A DNA stretch of 64,000 bases from Octopus sinensis (lineage: Eukaryota), in NCBI RefSeq assembly GCF_006345805.1, contig NC_042999.1, positions 114,638,001 to 114,702,000 of the forward strand, in the 5' to 3' direction. Below are positions 51,157 to 64,000 of the stretch, one piece after another. Under the pieces are notes generated by a model. The model worked only from the letters and a program-made list of their open reading frames with translations. It was not told where the DNA came from and did not search any database. The position numbers and the translations under genes were made by a program. Within the stretch, counting starts at the first letter, position 1; every line of letters starts with the position of its first letter.

Positions 51157-51366
51157 TTTCTACAGTAGGCAAATGTCTGAAATATGGTGCGGGGCTTTAG
51201 TTGATTGCATCGACCCTGCGCTTGGTTGGCTATTTATTTTATCGAACTCAAAAAGATGAAAGGCAAAGTTGATCGCAGCAGAATTTGACCTCGGAACGTT
51301 AACCCGAGAGAAATGCTGCTGAGCCTTTTGTCCAGCATGCTAATGATTCTGTCAACTCGTCGCCTT
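51157..51366 (-). mobile_element. SINE family A
   Basis: TTTTATCGAACTCAAAAAGATGAAAGGCAAAGTTGA...TAATGATTCTGTCAACTCGTCGCC. Confidence 0.8.
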
Positions 51367-51714
51367 ATTTTTGCCATGGATAATGATGTCAGGCTTATCT
51401 TGCGCTAACAGTTACTCTGTATGCTAAAGTTTTACATTGTTATTATTATTTTTTTAAGATAGGAGGAAGTTTTCATGATTTTTCTTTTTCTTCTTGGAGG
51501 TGTTGAAATTTTTTGGCTAGGCGAATGTAGAACAATTTTGCTACTTCTCTGAGTGACCAAGTACATTTTGACGGAAATCATGTAGGACATCCTGGTACGA
51601 TGCCATGCATTGTCTCAGGAAATGCTCCACACAGACGACATTCCACACAAATCGTAGGAATTGTGAATATGAGTATTCCTTACAATATATTTCTTGGTTT
51701 CTGACATAGACACA

Positions 51715-51920
51715 AACAAGGCTGACTATTTTCAGAGAAGGGGTTTAGCTGATAATATCGATCGAAGTACTTTATTTTATTATATCGACTTTATTTTATC
51801 GAGCCAGATTGATGAAAGGTACAGATGACCGTGACGAGATATGAACTTAAAACGTAAAGAGAAAGAAATACCTCGAGATATTTTTCCGACGCTCTAACGA
51901 CTCTGCCAACTTACCGCCTT
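51715..51920 (-). mobile_element. SINE family A, old copy
   Basis: TTTTATCGAGCC...GATGAAAGG...CTCTAACGACTCTGCCAACTTACCGCC. Confidence 0.7.
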
Positions 51921-52155
51921 TTTCGAATATATCTAATTGTAATGACCTGTTCTTGTACCATAAATGTCCTCGATCTTGTTGCTCCATTAAGACCTGACTG
52001 GTACATCCAGGCCAGAGACAGTCTTTTATTTTATATGGGGCATCCAGTTCAAGAAAATATTCTGATATAAAGACATGGCTTTATGGCTGTTTAATAACAA
52101 TGACTTTATTGCCATTAATATATTTGTATTTACTGCTGATAGACTCAGACTGTAA

Positions 52156-52704
52156 CCCTTTGAACATAGAAAGCAGATATATCCGCTCAAAATTTTATTA
52201 CTGTTAACTGCTTTGGAAAAGCATCTTATACTGCGACAAATGAGGACTTCCCCGGTGACACTTTACAAAAGGCAATTTTTCAGAGTTTCTTTATTTATCC
52301 CCTTATTTTTCTAAATATCTCTTTACAGAGCATGAATCAAAATACTTTTAGTGATGGTATAAAAACCGCACCCACGATATCATACTTAGTAGTAGGATGA
52401 TGAAGTTTGTACGCTGAAAAAAATAAATCAGTATCTTCGTAGGTGCCTTTTCAGTTTCCCTTGTAGGTACGATTGTCATACCATCGCTAAAAGCAATTGA
52501 TTCTGTAAAGAGATGTTTGATGAAATATGTGAAGAAAGTTCAAGAAAATCTGAAAAATTGTCTTTTGTAGAAAGTGTCGCCAGGGGTGTCTCTGCTTCTC
52601 GTAGCAAAAGGAGATTTTTGTTTTCAAAACCAGGGGATAAAATCGCTTTCCGCAGTTAACGGTAAAATACTGACCGGATCTATCCGCTTTCTGCATTCAA
52701 AGAG
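52156..52704. mobile_element. piggyBac-like fold-back MITE with long TIRs
   Basis: GTAA|CCCTTTGAACATAGAAAGCAGATATATCCG versus the reversed right end CTCTTTGAATGCAGAAAGCGGATAGATCCG, followed by TTGA (decayed TTAA). Inner arms at about 52249-52290 and 52544-52586 also match. Confidence 0.75.
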
Positions 52705-52716
52705 TTGAGGTGGAGA

Positions 52717-52921
52717 CCTGGCACAATCGTTAGAGCGTCGGAAAAATAACTTGCAATGCTTGTTCCGGCACTTTACGTTCTGGGTTCAAATCCCTCCGAG
52801 ATCAACTTTGACGTCTATTACTTGAGGGACAGTAAAAAAGGTACCAGTCAAGTGCTGACGTCAATGATACAGCTTGATCCCCTCCCCTCAAAACAGCTAC
52901 CCTTGAGTTTAAATTAGAAAT
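52717..52921 (+). mobile_element. SINE family A, old copy
   Basis: CTGGCACAATCGTTAGAGCG...TTTACGTTCTGGGTTCAAATCCCTCCGAGATCAACTTTG. Confidence 0.7.
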
Positions 52922-53577
52922 CATTGTTCTCGCTGTTGTTATTGCTATCGTTGTTGTAATTGCCGCCATTGTAACTGTGGTAATACTGATGGCTACATTC
53001 TTATTTAGCATTTTTCAAATGTCTGAATTATAGAAACAGTTTTACTGGCGATGAAAATTTAAAACAAGTGTGGAAACTGGAAAATAATAGTAAAAAAAAA
53101 AAAGTTTGCAAACTCCCTAATATAAAAAAATCAGCTTATGACAGAATGCAAAATTAAATGAATATTAAAAAGCAAACCAGAATTGTAAAATTTCACAGTA
53201 TTTTTTTCCCATTTGAGAATATTTGCTATCTAAGATAAATAAAATACCGAAATTCCAGAATATTAAGTTAGATAAAATTGAAATGGATTTCTTTAAATTA
53301 CGAAGAAATAAAATGAAATATGTGGAAGCGGTGTTAGTAGTGGAGAAGGAGAATGAGAAAAGTAAGAGTAAAATAAGAAAAATTTAGTTTATTCTGTAAA
53401 GATTTTAAACCTGAGAAAAACATGCATACATACATACATTTCGTTAGTGACCAGCGTAAATTCTACACATACATTACGCATAAAATGGATATACATATAT
53501 TAGTATGTATATAATAGAATATGCATATGTGTGAGTATATATATATATATATATATATATATGTGCACAAATACGCA

Positions 53578-53608
<31 letters not shown>

Positions 53609-53726
53609 CAACTACATATACATAATCATATTCACATTTTACCAGATATAAAATCTAAATAACATACATGAAATATGTATGTACATGTGTGTATGTGTAT
53701 GTACATATAACGCTTGAGTGCGCAAC

Positions 53727-53783
<57 letters not shown>

Positions 53784-53915
53784 CACACACACACACACCA
53801 AAAGAATTACATTCATAAACAACTACCAAACACACATGTAAACGTTCATCATCATTTTTCATATCAGTGCGTTCAGTTCTACACAATACAGTTAGAAATT
53901 CACATTGCTCTATAC

Positions 53916-54245
53916 CAGTGGTTCTTAACCGAGTACCATATAGTCCCTGAGGGTCCATATAAGATTGGGTGGGGGCGTGCAACAAAATAGTAAATTTGGG
54001 TCCACAATAGTATTTTAAGGGGCCCTGAAAAAAATTTGCTTTTGATATATATATATTGTTACATATTGCAAGAGACAGTTAGGTTCCTCTCTCATTTTAC
54101 ATAGTTCAACCAGCGTAGCTAATAAATCGCAGAATATGAATTTTGAAAGAAGTTTTAAAACAATAAATGGTTATGAGGGCGTCCACCAGAATAAAATAGA
54201 CATGAAGGGGATCCACAGACAAAAAAGAATGGTTGGGAACAAATA
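53916..54245. mobile_element. hAT/Charlie-like MITE
   Basis: Left end CAGTGGTTCTTAACC, right end GGTTGGGAACAAATA, with repeated GGGTCCA subterminal motifs. The 8-bp TSD is not preserved. Confidence 0.55.
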
Positions 54246-54306
54246 CATACATAACCTCTCTCCTTTTCACTCTTTATATTTTACATTCCTATCCCTTCAT
54301 TTTCTT

Positions 54307-54363
<57 letters not shown>

Positions 54364-54519
54364 CTCACTCTTTTAGTTTCCACCTGTGTCTCAAGATGTC
54401 CAAATATCTACTTGTTTCTCTATTTCAGTTTGCTGTTTCTCTCGCGCTTTCTCTCTTCCCGTTTTTCTCTCAAGTATATATATATAAAGAGAGAGAGCAG
54501 CTCAGCAAAAAAAAAAAGC

Positions 54520-54612
54520 CTGGGATCGATTTGTTGGACTAAAAACCCTTCAAGGCGGCGCTCCAGCATGGCCGCAGTCAAATGACGGAAACAAGTAAAA
54601 GAATAAAAGAAT
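54520..54612 (+). mobile_element. SINE family B 3' end
   Basis: GGCGGCGCTCCAGCATGGCCGCAGTCAAATGACGGAAACAAGTAAAAGAATAAAAGAAT, near-identical to 21400-21460. Confidence 0.85.
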
Positions 54613-55931
54613 AACAGTAAGGTAATAACGGCGACTAGATGGTGATAGCAGTAATTGAAAGTAGTTGATTGCAGTTTAGTATAAGTATTTGAAGACAAAA
54701 TAATTAGTGGAACTGGAGCGATCAGGCGGAAAGATGAAAGAGGAGAATTTTGAGAAGGCTGTCAATAGAGAAGGAAAGGGTGTGTTAATGAAAGCGAATA
54801 ACGATGCAGTTATACATGAAGTATCCGTCTAGCTACAAGCATACATACGCATAGATATAATACATGCACACAAATACACATGCATACACACATACGTGTA
54901 TGTATGTGTGTGTGTGTACCTGTCTAACTATCAGTATATTTCTCTATTTTTCTCTCTATCTCGCTATACACTGATCTACCAACATATGTATCTATCTGCT
55001 AGCATTCTCCCAAATTTTTGGTTTCCTTTCTTTTACATTATTCTACCTCATCTAGCTTAATTATGATTTCTTCAAAGAGGACAAAGATCTTGGTTTTCTA
55101 ACTTTTCTTTTCTTTCTTCTTGTTCTACTCTTTGCATCGACCTTCTTCGCGATATTTTTTTTCTCGTTCCATTTTTTGCATCTACCTTACTCGCATTTTT
55201 TTCTTTACGTTTTCCCCCACCTCTATTATGTTTTCTCATAGACCAGCGTCCTGGTTTTTAAATACGTTTAACGTTATACATTGTGCCTGAAAGATTGCTT
55301 GGAGACACATGGCATTTTGTATAAATCTGCCACCTATTTCTAAAGCATGAAACTATCAGTAGCTCTTTTGTAAATAATGTATATTAAATGATATAAATAT
55401 ATACATGTGCAACTTAATGAAACAAGTGTTCCATGATCATCTGGTGTGATTGAGCATCTAAATACCCTTGGAAAACCTTTTGCCGGGCTCCAAAGTGTTG
55501 AAACGCGCGCAGGAACTGTAATATATAATTGTATTTATTCTTATATCTCCTACAGACTTAGAGGGATAAATAAATAAACAAATATCTATATATTATCACG
55601 TGATCATGCTCTGCCAATCAAAATGCATCCTGAACAGATACTAATTTAAACCATATTCTCTTTATAGAAACCAGAGAATTTTCGAACTCCACTCAGAAGC
55701 AAGAGAGTTGTAGCATAGGCCCCACGTCTTTCTATCTCACTTAACTTTTGAAAGTCAGAAAAAAAATCTGTAAAACCAATTAAGACTTTAAAAGTAAATA
55801 ATCTAAAAGATTAGCAATGTGTGTATGTATCTAACAATCTGTGTATCTGCCTGTCTCTCTGTCAGTCTGTATATCTCTCTTTCAATGAAAATAGTCATTG
55901 ATTTAAATTAATCTTTCTCATTTTCTCTACC

Positions 55932-56024
<93 letters not shown>

Positions 56025-56815
56025 GTCTCTCACGGACTCACTTGAAACTGCCGCCTTATCTTCATCATCATTATCACCAGGATATTATATGGATATTACA
56101 ATGAGGGAAAATCCAACAGTATATGCCATAGACTTTATAAGTCTCCGCATACGAAGATTACTGCCATTTTACTGACATGTAAATAACGTAAATTGGGGTG
56201 TATGAGTGTGCGTGCGTGTGTATGTGTTTGTGTGTGTGTGTGGTGTGTGTGTGTGCGGGCGCGCGTTTCTGAATGTGTGCGAGTAAGGAATCCGCACCCA
56301 CACACGCATACAAACACATGTGTTTGGATGTATATTTATCTATGTTCTTTCATTCCATATTACAAATATATATCATTGTGCATATATTTCTTGAATATAT
56401 TATATGCAACTGAAAGAAGCCATATAGCTAGAACAGAATTCTATGTGTGTGTGTGTGTGTGTGTGTAAATCGTTGTCGTATATTTATATGAAAATGCAAA
56501 AAAAAAACACATTCGTTCATTATTTATGTATAATAGATATAAGATGCGTAACGTATATACATATACTAATACATAAATATGACCGTATATACATACAGCC
56601 ATATAGCGACCATCTATATCCACACACACACACTCATATATGACACATGTGGGTGTATGTATGAATGTACAAACACCTACACACACACATATATATATAT
56701 TTACACACATATTTATATGTATATAGAACACACACACATATATATATATATATACACATAAATATATGAATATGTATGCAAAATGTGTGTGTGTGTATAA
56801 CTATTACATGTGTAT

Positions 56816-56878
<63 letters not shown>

Positions 56879-57884
56879 GTATATGTACACATACCCACAG
56901 AATAATTATAGACGCTATATGTACATGAGTGTGTTTGTGTGTGTTTGTGTGTATGTCTATGATTGAGCGTGTGTATACGGCTACAAACACATGCCCCCCG
57001 TCAATCAGCGAACAAGTGCCTGTTCCATGAGCGTAAATAAAATACCTAACGCCATATACTCTTTTTCAAATGGCTTGAAACCTTCACTGGTTCTATCCCC
57101 AAGGTAGTCATGCTATCTCACTGTTAATGGGGCCATTAATGCCTTATCTTTCCAGTTAATAGCTTCTACCCTTCACCAAACACCCCTTCCCTAAACGCAC
57201 ATACACTATTGCACACCCCGTCTCCTGCAGCAACCTCTCCTTATATATTGTATATCTATGTCTTTTAACAACTTTCTGATCTATGTACGTAGATATATAT
57301 ATATAGAGAGAGATAAATATATGTATATATATATATGTATATATATATATATACATATACAGCGCATACACAAATGCACATATACATACATACGTATGTG
57401 TATGTATTTATGTGAGTATATATAATCAATATATATAATATATATCTCCCTGTATACCTATACCTCTTGCTGCTGCCTTGTTGCACCGCCACACTCCACA
57501 TAATGGCCGCCATGTTATCCATACCATCTATGTCTTTATCTATATTATATATTAAAGTTATTGCTATTATTGCTCATACTATTGCTGTTGTGCTTTTTGT
57601 TGCTATTACTACTAAAGAGCAAAGTGCATTTAACCCATTTTTAAAGGGTTTTTTGTTGTTGTCGTTGTATATTAATCTCTTAAATACTTATTCTATGGTT
57701 GTGGTGTTAGTGGTGGTAGTGGTGTTGGTGGCCGTTATTGTCAATGTTGATGTCTTTCAAATCATTACCTCAAACACTTTATAACTTTCTATTTTTCACT
57801 TTTATCTTTTTGTCGTCCATCTTCTTGCTTTCATTATTGTTGTTCTTCTTCTTCTTGTTCTGTTTCTGTAATCATTATTGCAGA

Positions 57885-58075
57885 CGGTAACTGACAGAAT
57901 CGACAAAGCATTAGGGAAAAATTAAGTGTTGTAGCATACAGTTTAGCCAATTTTACGTTCTGATTTCGAATTACGCTGAAGTCGACTTCGTCTTTCATCT
58001 TTTTCGAAGTCGATAAAATAAAGTACTTGACTGGTACTGAGAATGTACTCAATTTGATCGACTATAATTTTCCCA
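57885..58075 (+). mobile_element. SINE family A, old copy
   Basis: TTTACGTTCTGATTTCGAATTACGCTGAAGTCGACTTCGTCTTTCATC...GTCGATAAAATAAAGTAC. Confidence 0.7.
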
Positions 58076-58274
58076 TGAAATATGTAGCCTGAGGTAGATG
58101 GGCTTCGATTTTACTTGACTAGTTTATATCCTTTCACACCATTTCGCCTTCTCCATCTGAGGAATTGTGATTCATTAAAATTTCTTTTTTAATTCCAAAA
58201 TATTCGACAGGACATTGATATCGTTACAGACACCTGTAAAGGACTGTTGAGCTGGTGTGAGGAATTTTTTCGAG

Positions 58275-58430
58275 AAGCGGGCCGCATGAGACATGGCTCA
58301 TCATCATGTAGGCTGCACTACTAAAAAAAAATATCCAGGCTAATTTAATTCGAGGCAATTTAACGGCGTGCAATTCAGAAAGTACTGCGGGCTACATGCA
58401 GCCCACGACCCGCAGTTAGCCCATGACCGA
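58275..58430. mobile_element. hAT/Charlie-like MITE right end
   Basis: GCGGGCCGCA motifs and GCAGCCCACGACCCGCAGTTAGCCCATGACCG. Confidence 0.4.
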
Positions 58431-59237
58431 TGTGGAGCGAGACTTTGAGGACTAAACAAAAACCATTAAATTAGAATGGTTTCTAAATATTTTAAGGCGT
58501 CTAACACCATGACGAAGAAAGCGAGGAGGAGGAGAAAGAGGAGGAGGAGGAGGAGTCAATCTCAGTGCTTATCTGGTACTTTATTTTTATCGACATGGAA
58601 AAGATAAAAGATAAAAGGTAACCCCTGAGCTGGAGAGATTTGAGCACAGACCTTAGAGAACCAAATACTGCATATCAGTTAATCACACTTATAATAAGTC
58701 TGTGAAGGAACTTCAACTGGATGACTCGACACGCTAGAAATATCAGTCAAATAACCATCCATTCATATCCTAGCTATATCTGTTAATTTAGGAAATTCGA
58801 ACTGTGACAATTCCATTATATTTTCCCATGTGCAGAAAATTAAGACTTCATTATCTAATACTTCCTTTGCTAAGACGGTGGCAAGTGATATAAGATTTGG
58901 TTTCTATTTCTAACAGGTTGTACGGTCACGTAGTGGTTCCTTCATTGGTTTATATTCTGCTTCTGTTGTTGTTATTGTGGATGATGATGATTATGATGAT
59001 GACAATGATGTTATGTTGCGGTTGTTATTGTTGTCGTTGTTGTTTTATAGGGTGGTGGTGGTGGTGGTGGTGGTAGTGGTCGTGGCAGTTGAATAGATGA
59101 GAATGATAGAGCTGATAGTAATGTTTTTAGAGGCTGAAGATGTTGTTGCCGTTGCTGTTGGTGGCGTTAGTGGTGCTGGGGAGAGGGTGTCGGTGGTGGT
59201 AGTTGTAATGTTGATGATGAAAGTAAAGTCGGTTTTG

Positions 59238-59466
59238 TTACTCTTTTACTTGTTTCAGTCATGTGACTGTGGCCATGCTGGAGCATCGCCTTTAGTCGAG
59301 CAAGTCGACCACAGGACTTATTATTTGTAAGCCTAGTACTTATTCTATCGGTCTCTTATACCGAACCGCTAAGTTACAGTGACGTAAACACACCAGCATC
59401 GGTTGTCAAGCGATGTTGGGGGGACAACACAGAGACACAAACATATACACACACACACATACATAC

Positions 59467-59539
<73 letters not shown>

Positions 59540-59697
59540 GACGGGCTTCTTTCAATTTCCGTCTACCAAATCCACTCACAAGGATTTTGTCGGCCCGAGG
59601 CTATAGTAGAAGACACTTGCCTAAGGTGTCACGCAGTGGGACTGAACCCCGAACCAGGTGGTTGGTATGCAAGCTACTTACCACACAGCCACTCCTG
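59238..59697 (-). mobile_element. SINE family B, full length, with expanded internal (TA)n
   Basis: Reverse complement of 21081-21460 from the tail TTACTCTTTTACTTGTTTCAGTCA to the head ACCACACAGCCACTCCTG. Confidence 0.9.
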
Positions 59698-60410
59698 TGG
59701 TGGTGGTGTTTTTTATGATGATGACAATGATGGTGGTGGTGCTGGTGGTGATGGTTATGGTGGTGATGGCTCTGGTGTTGCTGGTGATCGTGCTGGCGAT
59801 CGTACGAATAGCATATACGGTTATAAAGACATTTCCAAAGAAATACATTCAAAGACAAAATACAAAAACAAAACAAAATATAAAACAATGAGAAGAAAGG
59901 TAATGACAAAAAAAAAAAGAAAAGAAAGGAAAGAGATGACAGAAATGGAACCAAATGGAAGCAGGAAAAGTGCAGAAGGAGATACAGGATGGGATGAGGG
60001 GGAATCCATACTAACTACTAGAAAAAAATGGAATAAGATAAATGAAATACGATTCGCTCATTATGGTAAGTAGAGTAACTACGAACTCCAAACGACAACA
60101 ACAATAATGGTAATAATAAATAAATAGATAAATAAATAAATAAATAAGTAGATAACTAAATGAATAAATAGATAACACCAATAACTACGATATTGAAAAG
60201 ATCGAAGGGGAAGAAAGCGAAGAAAAGAAGAAATATTGAAATGCTGGATAATGTGGAAGATTGTGGAGAACAAAATGACAACGACAACAACTACAGCAGC
60301 AACAGCGGCGGCAGCGGCGGCAGCAGCAGAGCAGCAGCAGCAGCAGCAACAAGAGGAAATGGTACAAGAAGTGGAAGAAGAAGAGGAAGAAGAAAAACAA
60401 CAACAACAGC

Positions 60411-60444
<34 letters not shown>

Positions 60445-60610
60445 TAATAATAATAATAATAATAAATAATATGATAATAATAATAATAATGATAGTAATA
60501 TAAGGGAGATGATAGGGAAAACGGTGTAAGGAATGGTAATACAGCGTAAGCACCATAAAAAGAACCCAAAAGAGAAGAAATAAAGAAATGCCCCCACACC
60601 AATATATATA

Positions 60611-60643
<33 letters not shown>

Positions 60644-60659
60644 GGTGTGTGGGTGTGTG

Positions 60660-60690
<31 letters not shown>

Positions 60691-61496
60691 ATATATATAT
60701 GCGTATATATATGGGTGTCTGCGTATCCATATATGCATATAAATGTGCGTATATCGATATATATATATATATATATACAAACACATATATAAATATATAA
60801 ATTGATATATATATATATAAATGTAAGTATGTATGTATTAATATATACTATATCATTTCTATATAGATATGTATAGCGAGATAGTATGTGTGTGTGTGTA
60901 CGTGTGTATGTGTGTGTACGTGTGAAATATGCACGCACCTTTTCATTGTATAGCCTTGTTTATTGCTAATTTACCATTACAGTGGATAATTCTTTTAAAT
61001 TGCCATCGTATATTATAGATGAGCAATGGGGCGATAGAACCATAAAAGAGATGTTAGGATTGGAACTGCTTATGGGATAATTATGTGTGTATACGTGTAT
61101 CTGTTCCAGTGTGTGTGTGTATGCGTGTGCCTGTGTCTATATAGATAAATAGAGGTAGATGGAGAGAATAATAATGAAGGGCACTTTGAAAGAGAATATA
61201 TATACAAGATGTAAAACGAGATATACCGCGATATAAATACGTAGATAGAAGGGGAAAGGTTGGGAAGAAGAATTTCTAAGTTGATGCATACATATACACT
61301 CACAAACACGTATGTGTGTGTGTGTGTTTATGCGTGTACACACACATACATATATTTATGTATATGTGTATATTTACATTAATGTTATTCATTTTTATAT
61401 ATGTATACATATGCATAAGTATCTGTGTATATATGTATATACAGACGTACATGTATATGTTCATACATGTATGTGTTTGTGCCTGTACACATATGT

Positions 61497-61538
<42 letters not shown>

Positions 61539-61714
61539 GTTTCTATATATCATGTACATACACATACATATGTATATAAAGACCCCCTCCATACACCCAA
61601 CACACACTTATATACGCTTATATTGGTGAATTTCCGTCATTCGACAATAAGCATTTTGTCGCCCAACCAGTTGATTTACCAGCTGAGTGGCTGAGTATCT
61701 CATAGTTTCCCCTA

Positions 61715-61880
61715 TCATTGACGTAAATCTGATACGAGACACTCAAAGAACATCCTGGTAGGCCTGAACAGGCCTCAAATCTGCGACAAACCTGCTTATG
61801 ACGGAAGACAGAGATCAGCAGCGATTATAGACCTTTAGAGCCTCAAGAGCGGGACCCAAAGATTGACTGAGTTGGTGAGG
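61715..61880 (+). mobile_element. Possible RTE-type LINE 3' remnant
   Basis: LMTEDRDQQR resembles the AMMDREVWR C-terminal motif of the 22194 element and is followed by a TGAC/TGAG-like tail. Confidence 0.3.
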
Positions 61881-62664
61881 GGAAGATGACGATGTTGCTT
61901 GGCTGCAATGTTCCGCATTGAAGAGAACTGGCGGAGCCCAAGATGCTCGCGACTGGTACAAGAATTGATGTTAGTGTGCAGTGACAGTCTCGACTTCACT
62001 ATAGTTTCCATTCTCAAGAAAACTAATTGAGCTGAGATGTCAACAAATACATATCAGTCACGACCTTCCCATTTCAGGATGTTTTCAAGAATAGCATACT
62101 CCAGATTCTTCGATTGACTGGCGTCCCATTTAGGTGAGGAATATGTACGCCATGAAAAACGGCAAAATGGGCCCATGAGTGTATATGACTCGGAAAGGAT
62201 TTTCATCCATCATCCTATCCTATACTCCAGACTGTACTGTCCAATGTGTCTGTTTTCTAATACAGCTGGATGAAGCTTGGGAATGATTTGATTTTTTAAC
62301 AGATCGAGAGACAACATAGTGTTTCCCCTCAATGACACGTTTTGGAATGGAGCGTTGTCATCTATTCCGGCGTGAAATTATGACCAACAGCATTGGTTCC
62401 TCAAATAAAAAATAACCTTTGTGGAGAATTTCTGCTCATCTTCCATTAGAAACTGGGTACAGACTATGTAAATGAAATATCTCTACCCTGTATTTAACGA
62501 TTGGGAAGATTTATCGTATATATAGGACTGCAATTTCTAGTGTGCTTTCCTTTTCAAAATGGCTATGGTGTAATAGTTTGGTAAACCTGGCTGCTATTTT
62601 TAACAATTTCAATAATCCCCATATATGCTTCCTTATTGAAACGAGGCTCCTTCATTCCTTCATA

Positions 62665-63858
62665 CAGGGGTTGGATCAAATAATGGAAACACCTAGCAGC
62701 ATATCATCATAATTTTGAAATATCTTTAAAACCGTCAAAAGCTTGTTTATTTTTATGTTTTTTGAATTATTATTAGTGTTGCTTAACATTGTTTTGCTGA
62801 ATTTGCTGTGTCTTTTCAGATATCATCAGAAAAAGGTAATTAAAATTCATTAAAATGACAGATCTATCGGACTTTCAAAGAAGTCAAATTGTTGGTGCTC
62901 GTATGTCAGGCGATAGCGTAACGAAAACAGCCGAAATGTTTGGTGCATCAAGAAGTACTGTCTCGAAAGTAATGACAGCCTTTGAGAAAGAGGGAAAAAT
63001 CTCCTCGTCGAAACAAAACTTCGGAAGAAAACCAAAACTTTCTGATATAACCGTCGGACTCCTACACGAATTGGTAGAAAGGATCATAAAAGTACAGCTC
63101 CCAGAATTACTGCAGAGCTTAATGACCACCTCGAGAACCCAGTTTCTACAAAAACTGTTCACCGGGAGCTGCACCAAACTGGACTTCACGGGAGGGCTAC
63201 AATCAGAAAACCATTACTTTAAAAAAAAAAAAACGCTGCAAAGCGTTTACAGTGGAATAAAAATCAACAGAATTAGTCCCTAAAGCTGTGGGAAAATGTT
63301 ATTTTCTCGGACGAGTCATCCTTGACCTTATTTCCGACCACCGGCCGAGTATACGTGTAGAGACAGCCAAAAGAAGTATTTGACCCAGGCTGCCTTCTTC
63401 CACCTGTTAAATATGGAGGAGGATCTGTGATGATCTAGTGGTGGGGGGGCTATATCTTGGAAATCTGCCGGCCCAATGGTTTCTCTTCGTGGCAGAATTA
63501 ATAGTGAAGACTATTTAAGCATTTTATTTGATCAGATTCATCCTATGGTTGCGGAACTGTTTCTGGAGAGAAACGCAATCTTACAGGGTGATAATGCACC
63601 AATTCACACTGCTAAAGTTGTTACTGAATTGCACGAGGAACATTCTAATGAAGTTGAACATCTTATCTGGCCACCACAGTCCCCATATCTCAATATTACT
63701 GAACATTTATGGTGTATTTTAGAAAACAAATAAGGAGTCGTGATCCTCCACCATCATCACTACAAGAACTGGAAACTATTTTAGCTGAAGAAAGGGCAAA
63801 AATTCCTTTCGAAACAATTCAAACTTTGTACGAGTCCATACCTCGTAGAATTCAAGCT
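62665..63858 (+). mobile_element. Tc1 (DD34E) transposon, pseudogenised, right TIR missing
   Basis: TA|CAGGGGTTGGATCAAATAATGGAAACACC. MTDLSDFQRSQIVGARMSG...SRSTVSKVM, VIFSDES, LQGDNAPIH and WPPQSPYLNITEHLW, with frameshifts. Confidence 0.92.
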
Positions 63859-64000
63859 TGTTCACGGTTGAAAAGCCTTTAGTAAGATCTGAACAAGCAG
63901 GACTCGAGCAAAACTTATCTGGTGATAAAGAAAATTGAACAACAACAATAGTTATGTATTAAGTAAGCTACATTGTGTATACTGGCTAGAGTGGTGGGCT

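Noticed and set aside
62855-63733. Active or domesticated Tc1 transposase
   Set aside because: It has frameshifts and stops and lacks the right TIR. None of the six Tc1/mariner copies has an intact ORF.

Overview
AT-rich, microsatellite-saturated animal DNA. The repeat families and style suggest an octopus-like coleoid cephalopod (inference, not verifiable here). The only host gene I can support is an Mnx/HB9 (motor neuron and pancreas homeobox) orthologue on the minus strand: exon 2 at 23409-23569 and the last coding exon at 18825-19244. I found no first exon, so 23570-64000 is probably part of an intron 1 longer than 40 kb. The rest is transposon debris: six Tc1/mariner copies, several MITEs, CR1-, RTE-, R4/Dong- and Penelope-like retroelement remnants, and many copies of 2-3 tRNA-derived SINE families. 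Most ORFs in the supplied track are translated microsatellites. The best leads are: (1) at least six hammerhead-ribozyme-like motifs, most in short elements wedged into (TA)n tracts, one inside a 30/32-bp hairpin in Mnx intron 2; (2) a SINE with a swapped 3' tail inserted into a SINE of its own family with a perfect 15-bp TSD; (3) several unrelated elements that all sit in (TAA)n tracts; (4) inverted-repeat pairs in Mnx introns that could be ADAR substrates; (5) repeat-free, homeodomain-site-rich candidate Mnx enhancers. All identifications were made by eye without database searches, and boundaries of old repeats are approximate.
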